From NCBI GenBank assembly GCA_036556905.1, contig DATBIM010000102.1:70714-134713 (forward strand): a DNA stretch of 64,000 nt, read 5' to 3'. Positions 1 through 9,815 of the stretch are shown here, piece by piece. Source of the stretch: Candidatus Methylomirabilota bacterium. Its GTDB lineage: Bacteria; Methylomirabilota; Methylomirabilia; Rokubacteriales; CSP1-6. A model generated the notes under the pieces. That model did no database searches, was not told the DNA's origin, and saw only the letters and a program-made list of their open reading frames with translations. The position numbers were made by a program, and so were the translations under genes. Each line of letters begins with the position of its first letter. The first letter of the stretch is position 1.

Positions 1-71
1 CGGTCGCCGCGCCCGGACCGCCGGTTCCACCGCCACCGGCGCCGGGCGACCGGGCCTGGCCGCGCCAGCTC

Positions 72-2075
72 GTGGGCGAGGGGCACGTCATCACCGTCTA
101 TCAGCCCCAGATCGAAAAATGGGAGGGCAGCACGATCGAAGCCCGGACCGCCGTGGCGGTCGAGACGGCCGCGTCCCCCCAGCAGCACTTCGGAGTGGTC
201 TGGTTCGTGGCCCAGACCCAGGTCGATCGGCAGAATCGGCTCGTCGCGCTCGATCAGGTCAAGATCGCGCGAGTGAACTTTCCCAGCGCTCCCGAGAAGG
301 CGGGCGAGTACGCGGCGACGCTGAGCCGGAACCTGCCTCGCGCCGTGGTGACGGCCTCGCTCGATCGCCTGCAGGCCAGCCTGGCCGTCACCGAGGCCGA
401 GGCCAAGAAACCGGCCAGCCAGCCCCTGAAGAACGAGCCACCTCGGATTTTCTTCAGCCCGAGCCCCGCCCTGCTGATCCTCGTCGATGGCAAGCCGGTG
501 TTCCGCCCCGTGGAAGGCACGAAGGTGAGGCGAGCCATCAACACGCGCGCCCTGATCCTGCTCGACGAGAGCAGCGGCAAGTATTACCTGCGCGTCCTCG
601 GTCGCTGGGAGGAGGCGAGCGCCCTTGAGGGCCCGTGGGCCATAGCCAAAAAGCCGCCCGGCACGCTGGAGACGGCTCGTCAGGCGGCGGCCAAGACGGG
701 GCAGGTGGACCAGCTCGATGACCCGGCGCCGGGCATGAAGGAGGCGGCCGCCCAGGGGTCGTATCCCACGGTCTACGTGAGCACGACGCCCGCCGAGGTC
801 TTGATAACGGAAGGGCGGCCCGAGTACGAGCCGATCGGCGGGACGCAGCTCCTGCACGTGAAGAATACCCGGGCCAGCATCCTTCTGGATCCCGCCACCA
901 ACGAGCACTACGTGCTCATCTCCGGGCGCTGGTTCCGCGGCAAGTCGCTGGCTCAGGGCCCCTGGGAGTACGTCCCCCACGACAAGCTTCCTGGAGATTT
1001 CGCGAAGATTCCCGAGACGCACCCGCGGGGAACAGTGCTGGCATCGGTCCCGGGGACCCCGCAGGCCCAGGAAGCCGTGATCGACAACAGCATCCCCCAG
1101 ACCGCGACCGTGAACCGGGCCCAGACGAAGCTCACCGTGGCCTACGACGGGGCGCCGCAGCTCAAGCCCATCGAGGGCACCCCGCTGCAGTACGTGATCA
1201 ACGCGCCCTTTCCCGTCATCCAGGTGGACGCCACCAGCGTGTACGCGGTGAAGGACGCCGTGTGGTTCGTGGCGCCGTCGCTGAACGGTCCCTGGACGGT
1301 GGCCACCTCGGTCCCGGCGGTCATCTACACCATCCCTCCCAGCTCCCCGATGCACTACGTCACCTACGTGCGGGTGTACGGCTCGACGCCCGACGTCGTC
1401 TACGTCGGCTACACTCCGGGCTACTACGGCACTGTCGTCGCGCCCACGACCGTCGTCGTGTACGGGACGGGCTATTACTATCCTCCCTACGTCGGCGCCT
1501 ATTACTATCCGTACCCGCCAACTTACGGGTACGGGGCCGGCTTCGCGTGGGGCGCCTTCACCGGCTTCACCTTCGGCCTCGTCGTCGGTGGCATCTGGGG
1601 AGGGGGCGCCTACGTTTCGCACCACGACGTCGACGTGGACATCGACCGCAACATCAACATCGACCGGAACAACGTCTACAACAAGTGGGGCGACAAGCAG
1701 GTCAAGTCCAAGGTCCAGGACCGGGTCGGCAACCTGAGCCCCGAGCAGCGGCAGAAGCTCCAGCAGGACCTCAAGGCGCGCGACGGCGGAGGCAGGACGA
1801 ACGACGTGCTGGCCGGGCGCGATGGCAACGTGTACCGTCGCGGGCAGGAGGGCTGGGAGCAGCGCGCCGACAAGGACTGGGACCGGGCCAACATCGACCG
1901 CGAGGCCCAGGGCAGGCTCGATCGCGATCAGCGGGCGCGCAGCGCCGGCGAGGCGCGCGACCGCGGCGTCTCGCAGAACCGCGCGTCGCAGGTCAGCCGG
2001 CCGACCGGCGGCGCCAGCCGCCCGGCCGCCGGGGGCGGCGGCGGCCGCGGGGGAGGACGGGGAGGACGGCGCTGA
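72..2075 (+). CDS. hypothetical low-complexity protein with three internal ~45-aa repeats, a Tyr/Gly/Pro-rich segment and a C-terminal RGG/Arg-Asp-rich tail; reading frame is open to the window start, so the gene may be 5'-partial
   Basis: Single long ORF; repeats share the pattern Y-x6-W/F-x5-7-GPW-x6-P (YYLRVLGRWEE..GPWAIAKKPPG / HYVLISGRWFRG..GPWEYVPHDKLPG / VYAVKDAVWFVA..GPWTVATSVPA); GYYYPPYVGAYYYPYPPTYGYG block; no stop in frame between nt 3 and 72. Confidence 0.45.
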   Translation: MGEGHVITVYQPQIEKWEGSTIEARTAVAVETAASPQQHFGVVWFVAQTQVDRQNRLVALDQVKIARVNFPSAPEKAGEYAATLSRNLPRAVVTASLDRLQASLAVTEAEAKKPASQPLKNEPPRIFFSPSPALLILVDGKPVFRPVEGTKVRRAINTRALILLDESSGKYYLRVLGRWEEASALEGPWAIAKKPPGTLETARQAAAKTGQVDQLDDPAPGMKEAAAQGSYPTVYVSTTPAEVLITEGRPEYEPIGGTQLLHVKNTRASILLDPATNEHYVLISGRWFRGKSLAQGPWEYVPHDKLPGDFAKIPETHPRGTVLASVPGTPQAQEAVIDNSIPQTATVNRAQTKLTVAYDGAPQLKPIEGTPLQYVINAPFPVIQVDATSVYAVKDAVWFVAPSLNGPWTVATSVPAVIYTIPPSSPMHYVTYVRVYGSTPDVVYVGYTPGYYGTVVAPTTVVVYGTGYYYPPYVGAYYYPYPPTYGYGAGFAWGAFTGFTFGLVVGGIWGGGAYVSHHDVDVDIDRNINIDRNNVYNKWGDKQVKSKVQDRVGNLSPEQRQKLQQDLKARDGGGRTNDVLAGRDGNVYRRGQEGWEQRADKDWDRANIDREAQGRLDRDQRARSAGEARDRGVSQNRASQVSRPTGGASRPAAGGGGGRGGGRGGRR

Positions 2076-2127
2076 CCGGGCGCGCGGACGACTCGTCCCG
2101 AATCACACCACACCGGGAGAGATAGCC

Positions 2128-2367
2128 ATGAGATCACGAGTGATGTTGGCGGCGGTGGCGATGCTCGCGCTCGTTGCTGCCGGCTGCACATCGTATTACC
2201 GCATCAAGGACACGACCTCCGGCCGCACCTACTACACCGAGGAGTTCAAGCGGCGCAACGGGACGCTGATCTTCAAGGACACCAAGTCCGGAGCGGAGAT
2301 CACCCTCCCCTCGTCGGAGATCGCCGAAGTGTCGGAGGACGAGTACAAGAAGAACACCGCTAAATGA
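2128..2367 (+). CDS. small lipoprotein (~79 aa)
   Basis: ATG after GGGAGAGATAGCC; signal peptide plus lipobox LVAAGC; stop overlaps the next start (ATGA). Confidence 0.5.
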   Translation: MRSRVMLAAVAMLALVAAGCTSYYRIKDTTSGRTYYTEEFKRRNGTLIFKDTKSGAEITLPSSEIAEVSEDEYKKNTAK

Positions 2368-3401
2368 GCGCCGTGATCGCTCGCCTCTGGCGCCCGCTCC
2401 TTGGTAGCGTGGCCCTCGGCCTGGTGCTGGCCGGGAGCGTGGCGGCGGATGAGATCTTGCTGCTCAACGGCGACCGCCTGACGGGCAAGGTCGTCGGCGC
2501 CGCCGGTGGCAAGCTCACCATCAAGACCGAGGCGGCCGGCGAGGTCACCGTGGACCTGGCCAAGGTCAAGACCTTCTCCACCGACGAGCCCATCGTGTTC
2601 AGGGTCGGCGAGGCCACGCTGCGCTCGCGCGCCACGGCCGGCGCTGACGGGACGGTCCAGATCATTCCGGGCCCCGGGGAAGCGCCCCGGGTGGTCGCGC
2701 TCAAGGACGTTGCCCAGATCAATCCGCCCCCCGTGAGGTGGACGGGCGCCCTCTCTCTCACGGGAATGGTTACCCGCGGCAACTCGGAGACGTCGAACAT
2801 CGCCGCATCCTTGAACGCCGTCCGGCGCTCGGAGCACGACCGCATCACGCTGGGGGCCGGCTACGCCTACGGCCGGGAGAAGGACCAGGACACGGGCGAC
2901 GAGTCGTCGACCGTCGACAACATGTTCGGCTTCGGGAAGTATGACTACTTCGTGTCCAAGCGGCTCTATCTCTTCGGCGCGGTTCGGGCGGAACGCGATC
3001 GGATCGCCGACCTCGACCTCCGCTTCACCCCGAGCGTCGGTGTCGGTTACCAGTGGTTCGAGACCCCGACCTTCAATCTCTCCAGCGAGGCGGGCCTGGC
3101 CTGGGTCTACGAGGACTACCGTGACCAGGGCAGCGACGACCACTTCGCGGCGCGGCTGGCCTACCACGTGGACTGGACGCCGTACAAGGCGGTCACGCTG
3201 TTCCACAATCTCGAGTGGCTGCCCGCCTTCGACGACCCGTTCGACGACTACAATCTGAACGGCGACGCCGGTCTGCGGGCCGCGATCTTCCAGGGCTTCT
3301 TCGCCGAGGCCAAGGTCGAGCTCCGCTACGACGCGACGCCGGCGCCCGGGAACAAGAAAGAGGATGTGCGCTATCTCGTGGGCATCGGCTGGTCGTTCTG
3401 A
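2364..3401 (+). CDS. DUF481 (YdiY-like) outer-membrane beta-barrel protein
   Basis: Signal peptide; N-terminal 'DEILLLNGDRLTGKVVG' motif typical of DUF481; Y/G-rich amphipathic strands; C-terminal ...GIGWSF. Confidence 0.6.
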   Translation: MSAVIARLWRPLLGSVALGLVLAGSVAADEILLLNGDRLTGKVVGAAGGKLTIKTEAAGEVTVDLAKVKTFSTDEPIVFRVGEATLRSRATAGADGTVQIIPGPGEAPRVVALKDVAQINPPPVRWTGALSLTGMVTRGNSETSNIAASLNAVRRSEHDRITLGAGYAYGREKDQDTGDESSTVDNMFGFGKYDYFVSKRLYLFGAVRAERDRIADLDLRFTPSVGVGYQWFETPTFNLSSEAGLAWVYEDYRDQGSDDHFAARLAYHVDWTPYKAVTLFHNLEWLPAFDDPFDDYNLNGDAGLRAAIFQGFFAEAKVELRYDATPAPGNKKEDVRYLVGIGWSF

Positions 3402-3494
3402 CCTGCCGGGGCGCCCGACGCCGAGATTCGAGCGGAGGTGGGAGCTGACCGGGAAGACCCCCTGACGTAAGCCGAGCGCCGCCACCGAGCAGGG

Positions 3495-6194
3495 TCAGCG
3501 CTGACCGTCAATCGCCGGGGGCGGACTCACCCGGGGAAGCTCCACGTGCACCGTGAGACCCCCGCCAGGATTGCCGGTGGCCCACATCCGCCCGTCGTGG
3601 GCGCTGACGATCGAGCGACTGATCGAGAGGCCCATGCCGAGCCCGTCGCGCTTGGTGCTGACAAAGGGGGCGAAGATTCGCTCCAGGTCCGAGTCGGGCA
3701 CCCCGACGCCGGTATCGGAAACGGTAAGCTCCACCGACCCCGCCGCGGACGCCGCCGTGGCGACGGTGATCTCCCGGCGCGTTGCGGCGCCGGCGCCGAT
3801 GGCGTCGGCGGCGTTGACGAGGAGGTTCAGGAGCACCTGTTGCAGCTGGACGGGATCGGCCATCACGGGCGGGAGGGACGGGGCCAGGTCGAAGGTGGTG
3901 ATGATGCCCTTACTCTGGAAATCGTGGCGCAGCAGCGTGGTCACGCCCATGACGAGCCCGTTGCAGTCCACCGGTTCGGGTCTGGCCTCCTCTCGCCTGG
4001 CCAGGGCCCGGAGCCGCCCGATGATGAGGGCCGCCCGCTTGGCGTCCTCTGAGATGTCGGCGAGGGCGTCCCGGAGATCTTCGGGGCCGGCCGAGGAGGC
4101 CTCCACCATCCGGCGGGCGGCCTGGGCGTTGGTGAGGATGGCGGCCAGCGGTTGATTGATCTCGTGGGCCAGCGCCGCGGTCAGCTCGCCCATGGTCGTC
4201 GTACGGAGCACGTGGGCCAGCTCGTCGCGCTGGTGTCGGGCCTCCTCCTCGGCCCGCCGCCGTCGGGTGATGTCGATGTGCGAGATGATGGCGCCGCCCT
4301 CCGGCCGTCGGAACGGCTCCACGACCAGCTCGAACCAGCGCTCGCCCGCCGGCGTGCTGGCCGGATACTCGAATGAGGCCTGGGGCGTCACGCCAGCGAG
4401 GACGGACTCGATCGCATCGAGCATCGGCTTGGCATACGGCTCCCCGGCCGCGGCGGCCTGGCGGCAGACGGCCAGGTAGTTCGCCCCGACGGGCGGCCGG
4501 GCAAATTCCGCCCCCGACTCCCCGATGGCCTGCGTCCACGACTCGTTGATGGTCAGGATCACGCCATCACGATCAACGGCCGCGAGTTGCCCGTAGAGCG
4601 ACGAGAAGGCGGCGCTGCGCAGCATCGTGTGCTCGAGGAGCATCTGTCGGGCTGCCCTGACGTCGGTGACATCGATCCCGGAACCCATGTAGCCGAGGAA
4701 CTCGCCACGGGCGTCCACGCGGGGCACGCCGTGGTCGAGGATCCAGCGGAACTCGCCGTCGGCGCGCCGGAGCCGGTACTCGAGGGTGAACGGCTCGCGG
4801 GCCGCGAAGGCTCGACGATATTCGCCGAGGCACTGCGTGACGTCCTCGGGATGGATGCCTTCCGTCCAGCCGTCGCCCAGCTCCTCCTCGAGCCTCCGTC
4901 CCGTGAACTGAAGCCAGCGGGTATTGAAGTAGGTGCAGCGGGCATCGACGCCCGCCAGCCACAGCATGGAGGGGAACGTCTCCGCCATCAGCAGGAAGCG
5001 CTGCTCGCTCTCGCGCATGGCGATCTGGGCCTGATCGAGCCCGCGCTGGACGTGCCGTCGTCGACGCCGCTCGAGGAGCAGACCGGCGATGAGCGCGGCC
5101 TGCAGGGCGATCAGGGCGGTGGCGCCGACGATGGGCCACCGGTAGAGCTCCCAGGCCGACGGCGAGCGGAAGCGCACGATGCTGCCGGCCGGAAGGCGGC
5201 GCTCACTGATAGACCAGCGCCGGAGCTGCCGGGCATCGAACATGGTGATGGCCCCGTCCTGCAGGATGACCTCCGGGGCGAGGGGTTCCCCCCGGAGAAC
5301 GCGGAGTCCGAGCTCGGCAGCCCTCGCGCCCAGGGCCTCGAAGCTGATCAGGGCACCACCGACGATGCCGTGGCCGAGTAGCGTGTCGGCAACGCTGTAG
5401 ATGGGCACGGGGGCGCCGGTGGCGACCTGCTTGAGCGCGTCGGGCGTGGTGAAGGTGCGGCCAGCGCCGTCGCGCAGGAAGCCACCCATAATGATGACGG
5501 TGCGCCTGGGCAGGGCCCGCACCGCCTCCAGGACCTGCGGCATGGGCAGGCCGGTCAAGTAGCCGAGCTGGACACGGTCGCGGTATCCCGAGAAGGCCTC
5601 CCGAGCCTGTGCTTCCAGGCCGCGATCGCTGTCACCGGCGCCTCCGACGAAGACGACGCGCTCGGTGTCGGGATGCAACCTCAGCACTAGCTCCAGTGTG
5701 GCCGCCCACGGCAGAACCATCGACACGCCCGTAACACCGGGCGGGAGCCGGGGCTGCCCGAGGGCTGAGGAGACGGGCTGGCAGAACACGATCGGGACCT
5801 CCGGGAAGGCCGCGGCCCGTTCCCGGAGGATGAGCCGGGTCATACCATCCCCGCACACCACGATCAGGTCCAGGCGACTCGCCGCATACTTCCGCGCCAG
5901 CAGCCGGAGCAGGTCGTGCTCGTTCCCCTGATTCGCCAGCCAGGAGAGGTCGATGTACTCGGTGTAGAAGCGGAGCGGCTCCGGGGAGCCCGCTTCGAGC
6001 GTCCTTCGCAATCCCTGGTCCAGGCTGATGACGGCCGGCACCAACCGAGCTTCCCCATAGATCAACAGCACCGATCTGGCGTCCGCGCCGGCGGTCTCCG
6101 TGGCCGTGACCACCAGCGAGGTCGCGAGGACGAAGATCAGACGGAGCGAAGCCAGCGCGAGGAGATTGTGAGGATCCATCCTGGCTGGCATAGT
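3495..6194 (-). CDS. hybrid sensor histidine kinase: periplasmic ABC-type substrate-binding-like domain, TM, PAS/PAC, HisKA, HATPase_c
   Basis: N-terminal signal peptide/TM plus a ~300-aa SBP-like domain; TM; PAS; H-box 'LAHEINQPL'; G-box 'DTGVGVP...GLGMGLSISRSIV'; start chosen at MPARMDPHN (track ORF runs to 6278). Confidence 0.75.
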   Translation of the reverse strand, partial: TMPARMDPHNLLALASLRLIFVLATSLVVTATETAGADARSVLLIYGEARLVPAVISLDQGLRRTLEAGSPEPLRFYTEYIDLSWLANQGNEHDLLRLLARKYAASRLDLIVVCGDGMTRLILRERAAAFPEVPIVFCQPVSSALGQPRLPPGVTGVSMVLPWAATLELVLRLHPDTERVVFVGGAGDSDRGLEAQAREAFSGYRDRVQLGYLTGLPMPQVLEAVRALPRRTVIIMGGFLRDGAGRTFTTPDALKQVATGAPVPIYSVADTLLGHGIVGGALISFEALGARAAELGLRVLRGEPLAPEVILQDGAITMFDARQLRRWSISERRLPAGSIVRFRSPSAWELYRWPIVGATALIALQAALIAGLLLERRRRRHVQRGLDQAQIAMRESEQRFLLMAETFPSMLWLAGVDARCTYFNTRWLQFTGRRLEEELGDGWTEGIHPEDVTQCLGEYRRAFAAREPFTLEYRLRRADGEFRWILDHGVPRVDARGEFLGYMGSGIDVTDVRAARQMLLEHTMLRSAAFSSLYGQLAAVDRDGVILTINESWTQAIGESGAEFARPPVGANYLAVCRQAAAAGEPYAKPMLDAIESVLAGVTPQASFEYPASTPAGERWFELVVEPFRRPEGGAIISHIDITRRRRAEEEARHQRDELAHVLRTTTMGELTAALAHEINQPLAAILTNAQAARRMVEASSAGPEDLRDALADISEDAKRAALIIGRLRALARREEARPEPVDCNGLVMGVTTLLRHDFQSKGIITTFDLAPSLPPVMADPVQLQQVLLNLLVNAADAIGAGAATRREITVATAASAAGSVELTVSDTGVGVPDSDLERIFAPFVSTKRDGLGMGLSISRSIVSAHDGRMWATGNPGGGLTVHVELPRVSPPPAIDGQR

Positions 6195-6334
6195 CGCCAC
6201 GAAGCATAGCGCGTGGGCGGTCACAGATCTAGCACGCACCTGCCGAGCGCCCGCATAGGACGAAGGTCGTAGTCCCAAGCCTGCCGACTTGTGTCACCCT
6301 CTCGCTGAGTTCCCCCACAGAAAGGAGAGCGTTC

Positions 6335-7051
6335 ATGAAACTGAGGTGCGAGCCGAGAACACGTGTTCGGATGCTGGCCGCCCTCGCCGCCCTGAGCCTC
6401 GTCGCCGGTGGGGCGGTTTCCGTCCGCGCCGACGACAAGATGGCCGCCGAGCAGCTGGTCACCAGAGCGAAGCTCGTGGTCGAGAGCTTCACCGCGGACG
6501 AGAAGATGGGCTCGCTCCGCGATAATGCGAAGAAGGCCAAGGCTATGTTCGTGGTGCCGGAGGCTTTGCGGGCGGCGTTCATCATCGGGGGCCAGGGAGG
6601 CAGCGGTGTCCTGGTCGCCCGCGACGCCAAGACCAAACGGTGGCTGGGCCCGACGTTCCACACTCTCGGCGGAGCCAGCTTCGGGTTCCAGGCCGGCGCG
6701 GATGCGGCCGAGGTGGTCGCCCTCGCGATGACCGAACGCGGCCTGACCAAGCTCCTCAGCCCAACCGTCACGCTGGGAGGAGACGCCAGCGTGGCGCTCG
6801 GACCCGTCAGCGCTGGTGCGGGAGCCGCCACGGCCGGGCTGAGCGCGGACATCCTGGTTTACTCCCGCTCCAAGGGGCTCTACGGCGGGTTCTCGGCCGA
6901 AGGCGCCGTGGTGAGCGTGAGGGACTCCCTCAACAAGGCGTATTACGGCAAGGAGGTCAGCCCGAGCGACGTCCTGGTGCGTGGCACCCCGCGTAACCCG
7001 AAGGGCGAGCCGCTGCTGAAGGCGGTCGATAAGCTCGCGGCCGCGAAATAG
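6335..7051 (+). CDS. SYLF/Ysc84 (DUF500) domain lipid-binding protein, secreted
   Basis: RBS AAAGGAGAG; signal peptide; conserved SYLF core 'FVVPEALRAAFIIGGQGGSGVLVARD...WLGPTFHTLGGASFGFQAGA'. Confidence 0.6.
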   Translation: MKLRCEPRTRVRMLAALAALSLVAGGAVSVRADDKMAAEQLVTRAKLVVESFTADEKMGSLRDNAKKAKAMFVVPEALRAAFIIGGQGGSGVLVARDAKTKRWLGPTFHTLGGASFGFQAGADAAEVVALAMTERGLTKLLSPTVTLGGDASVALGPVSAGAGAATAGLSADILVYSRSKGLYGGFSAEGAVVSVRDSLNKAYYGKEVSPSDVLVRGTPRNPKGEPLLKAVDKLAAAK

Positions 7052-7091
7052 CGCAGACTCGCCGGCCGGGAACACCAGGCGATCGGGAGAT

Positions 7092-8594
7092 TCACGAGCG
7101 CCCGGGGCCGAAGAATCGGGTGGCGCCGGGATGCAGGGGGATAGTGACGCCTCTGAGCGCGCTGTCCTTGGTCGCCTTGACGCCCTCGGCGCTCCCGGCC
7201 CCGGCGAGATCGGCCCCGGCGAAGACGAGGCTGACCACGTTCTCGACCTCGGCGTCCGGCGCGTCGGTCGTGCTGACGAGCAGCGCCGCCGTCGCTACCG
7301 TAGCGATGGGCTCGCCCTGACCGGGATAGGTGTTGACCGGCAGCGTCATCGCCACGAGGCCGGGGTTCTCGGCGAGGAGGCGGTTGATGCGGGGACTGGG
7401 CAGGGGCAGCAGCCGCATTCCTGTCCCCGCCGCCAGCTTCTGGAGATCCCGGGCGGGAGGGGCGATGGTGACGAAAAACGCGTCGAGCTGGCCGGCGCCG
7501 AGCCGCCGTATGGCCTCTTCGCGTCCGCGCTCGCTCGCCTCGCCCAGGTCGCGAACCCCGAGGCCATGGACCGCCAGCACCGCGACGGCGCTATATTGCG
7601 TCCCTGACCCCGACGGGCCGATATCAACGCGCTTGCCGCGCAGGTCCTCGATGGTGCGGATCGGTGAGGCTGCCGGCACGACGACGTGCACTGCCTCCGG
7701 GAAGAGGCTGCCCAGCGCGCGCAGCGTGGTGAGCGGACCACCCCGTGCGAATGGCCCGCGCCCGGCCACGGCTTGGGTCGCGACGTCGGCCTGAATGATC
7801 GCGTAGTCAGCCTCCCCGCGCGCGAGCAGCCCGGCGTTCTGCACGCTTCCCTCTGTCTCGACGTTTCGGAGGGCCACCTCGGGCCGCACCTTCTTCACGC
7901 TGGCCACCAGCGCCGCCCCGAAGCGCGCGTACTCGCCGCCGCGGGGACCGCTGGCGAACGTGTAGACGTGCTGGCGGCGCGCCAGGCGGCGCTGGATGTT
8001 CTCCGTGGCCCGCTGCAGCTCGTCGGAGATCACCTCATCCTGTCGGGGATCGACTCCGGGCGGCGGGATGGCGACCATCGCGGCCAGCTTGTCGATGAGC
8101 TGCTTCGACCGGGACGGTGGCGCCGTGTTCTCGGGGTCGGGCGCCGCGGTCACGGCGCCCGGCGCGGCCGCCACGCTCTTCCACGCGTCGCCGGACCACT
8201 CGTAGGTGGAAGATCCGTAGACGTGCACCATGTCGCCGGCGCGGTTCTGGGGCTTGATGCCGAAGAGGCCCTTCTCCGTCGCCCCCAGGGCAAAGCCAAG
8301 GCTGGCCGGGCTGAGCTGCTCCCAGCCGGCAAAGTCGTAGTCTTGGCGGAAGCGCAGGACGGCGTTGTAGTAGACGATCAGCCGCTTCGTCCCCTGCTCC
8401 CCCGAGGGGAGTGGCGCGCTGCCCTTACGGCCGAGGGACGCTAACTCGAGGAGACCGTCCTTGACCTGCTTCGCCAGCTTCTCCTGGACCTCCCGTCGCA
8501 GCGTCGCCTCGTCGGGACCTCGGGCACAGCCCACCAGCATGGTCGCGGTGAGAACCGCGAGTCCGGCCCACACCCTGGCCCGCACGCGCCGCAT
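7092..8594 (-). CDS. TAXI-family TRAP-type solute-binding lipoprotein with a ~190-aa N-terminal extension
   Basis: True start is the internal M (MRRVRARVWAGLAVLTATMLVGC lipobox); the upstream 300 codons of the track ORF are GC-junk overlapping gltS; TAXI core 'HVYTFASGPRGGEYARFGAALVASVKK...GEADYAIIQADVA'. Confidence 0.65.
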   Translation of the reverse strand: MRRVRARVWAGLAVLTATMLVGCARGPDEATLRREVQEKLAKQVKDGLLELASLGRKGSAPLPSGEQGTKRLIVYYNAVLRFRQDYDFAGWEQLSPASLGFALGATEKGLFGIKPQNRAGDMVHVYGSSTYEWSGDAWKSVAAAPGAVTAAPDPENTAPPSRSKQLIDKLAAMVAIPPPGVDPRQDEVISDELQRATENIQRRLARRQHVYTFASGPRGGEYARFGAALVASVKKVRPEVALRNVETEGSVQNAGLLARGEADYAIIQADVATQAVAGRGPFARGGPLTTLRALGSLFPEAVHVVVPAASPIRTIEDLRGKRVDIGPSGSGTQYSAVAVLAVHGLGVRDLGEASERGREEAIRRLGAGQLDAFFVTIAPPARDLQKLAAGTGMRLLPLPSPRINRLLAENPGLVAMTLPVNTYPGQGEPIATVATAALLVSTTDAPDAEVENVVSLVFAGADLAGAGSAEGVKATKDSALRGVTIPLHPGATRFFGPGRS

Positions 8595-8596
8595 CC

Positions 8597-9805
8597 TCAG
8601 AACCCGAACAGTGGCAGGGTCAGGTACCCCTGGATGATGAGGGCATTGGTGATATCGATGAAGAAGGCCCCGACCATCGGAACAATGAGGAAGGCCAGCG
8701 GAGAGGGCCCCGCCCGCCCGGTCACCGCCTTCATGATGGCCAGGGCGGCGGCCGTGGACGACATGCCGAAGCCGACGTGGCCGGCGGCCATGATGGCCGC
8801 ATCGTAGTTTCGGCCCATCACCCGGAATGTCACGAAGACGGCATAGGCGGCCATGGCCACCGTCTGTAGCGCCAGGATGAGCAGCAAGGGGCCGGCCAGG
8901 TTCACCAGGTCGAGCAGCTTCATCGCCATCAGCGCCATGACGAGGAAGAGCGACAACGCGGTGCCGCCCAGCAGGTCCACGCTGGCCTCGCTCAGCGAGA
9001 ACCGCCGGGTCAGTGGCAGGACGTTCCTCACCACGACGCCGAGCAGGAGGCAGAAGAGGAAGTCGGGAAGGATGAACCCGGTGCCCTCCATCAGGTGTGC
9101 CAGCAACTGCCCGCCGGCCAGGCATGCCAGAATCACGAACAGGGCGTTGAGGAACGACGCGGCGGTGACGGAGTCCTCCGGCGCGCCCGCCGACGTCGGC
9201 GCCGCCTCCACGGGCGCCGCCTCGGTCGGGCCCGAGAGGCCGTGACGCTTGATGAGGAACTCGGCCAGGGGGCCGCCCAGCAGACCGCCCAGCACCAGAC
9301 CAGCGGTGGCGCAGGCCATGGTCAGCTCCATTGCGCCCTGCAGGTTCATCGTCTCGCCGAAGCGGGTGGCGTAGGCGCCGCCGGTTCCGTGACCGCCGGT
9401 GAGGGTGATGGAGCCGCCCAGGAGACCGACCACCGGGTGCAGGTCCATGGCCCGGGCGGCGACCAGCCCGATCGCGTTCTGGACCACGATGTACACCGTG
9501 CACACCAGCAGGAAGATGAAGAGTTTGGGGCCGCCCTTGACGAGCATCCGGGCATCGGCGGCCAGCCCGACCGACGTGAAGAAGGCCAGCAGGAGCGGAT
9601 CCTTGAGGCTCATGTCGAAGGAGACCCGGGTCCCGGCGAAGCCATCGGCCGTGGCCAGCACGATGGCGATCACGACGCCGCCCACGACGGGCGCGGGCAC
9701 GCTGAAGCGCCCCAGCCAGCCCACCCGGGCCACCAGCACCCGGCCGGCGAAGAGTACGACGATGGCCACCAGGAGCGTGTAGAGCAGGTTGAGCTCGAAC
9801 TTCAC
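8597..9805 (-). CDS. gltS: sodium/glutamate symporter GltS family
   Basis: 402 aa, ~12 TM; N-terminus 'MKFELNLLYTLLVAIVVLFAGRVL' and overall pattern typical of GltS (ESS family); 2-nt gap to the downstream TAXI gene. Confidence 0.75.
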   Translation of the reverse strand: MKFELNLLYTLLVAIVVLFAGRVLVARVGWLGRFSVPAPVVGGVVIAIVLATADGFAGTRVSFDMSLKDPLLLAFFTSVGLAADARMLVKGGPKLFIFLLVCTVYIVVQNAIGLVAARAMDLHPVVGLLGGSITLTGGHGTGGAYATRFGETMNLQGAMELTMACATAGLVLGGLLGGPLAEFLIKRHGLSGPTEAAPVEAAPTSAGAPEDSVTAASFLNALFVILACLAGGQLLAHLMEGTGFILPDFLFCLLLGVVVRNVLPLTRRFSLSEASVDLLGGTALSLFLVMALMAMKLLDLVNLAGPLLLILALQTVAMAAYAVFVTFRVMGRNYDAAIMAAGHVGFGMSSTAAALAIMKAVTGRAGPSPLAFLIVPMVGAFFIDITNALIIQGYLTLPLFGF

Positions 9806-9815
9806 AGGCTCCTCG

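Noticed and set aside
7092-9503. 803-aa track ORF on the minus strand with a long Arg/Gly/His-rich N-terminus
   Set aside because: The first ~300 codons are compositionally junk and overlap the real gltS gene on the same strand in another frame. The genuine gene starts at the internal lipoprotein Met (8594).
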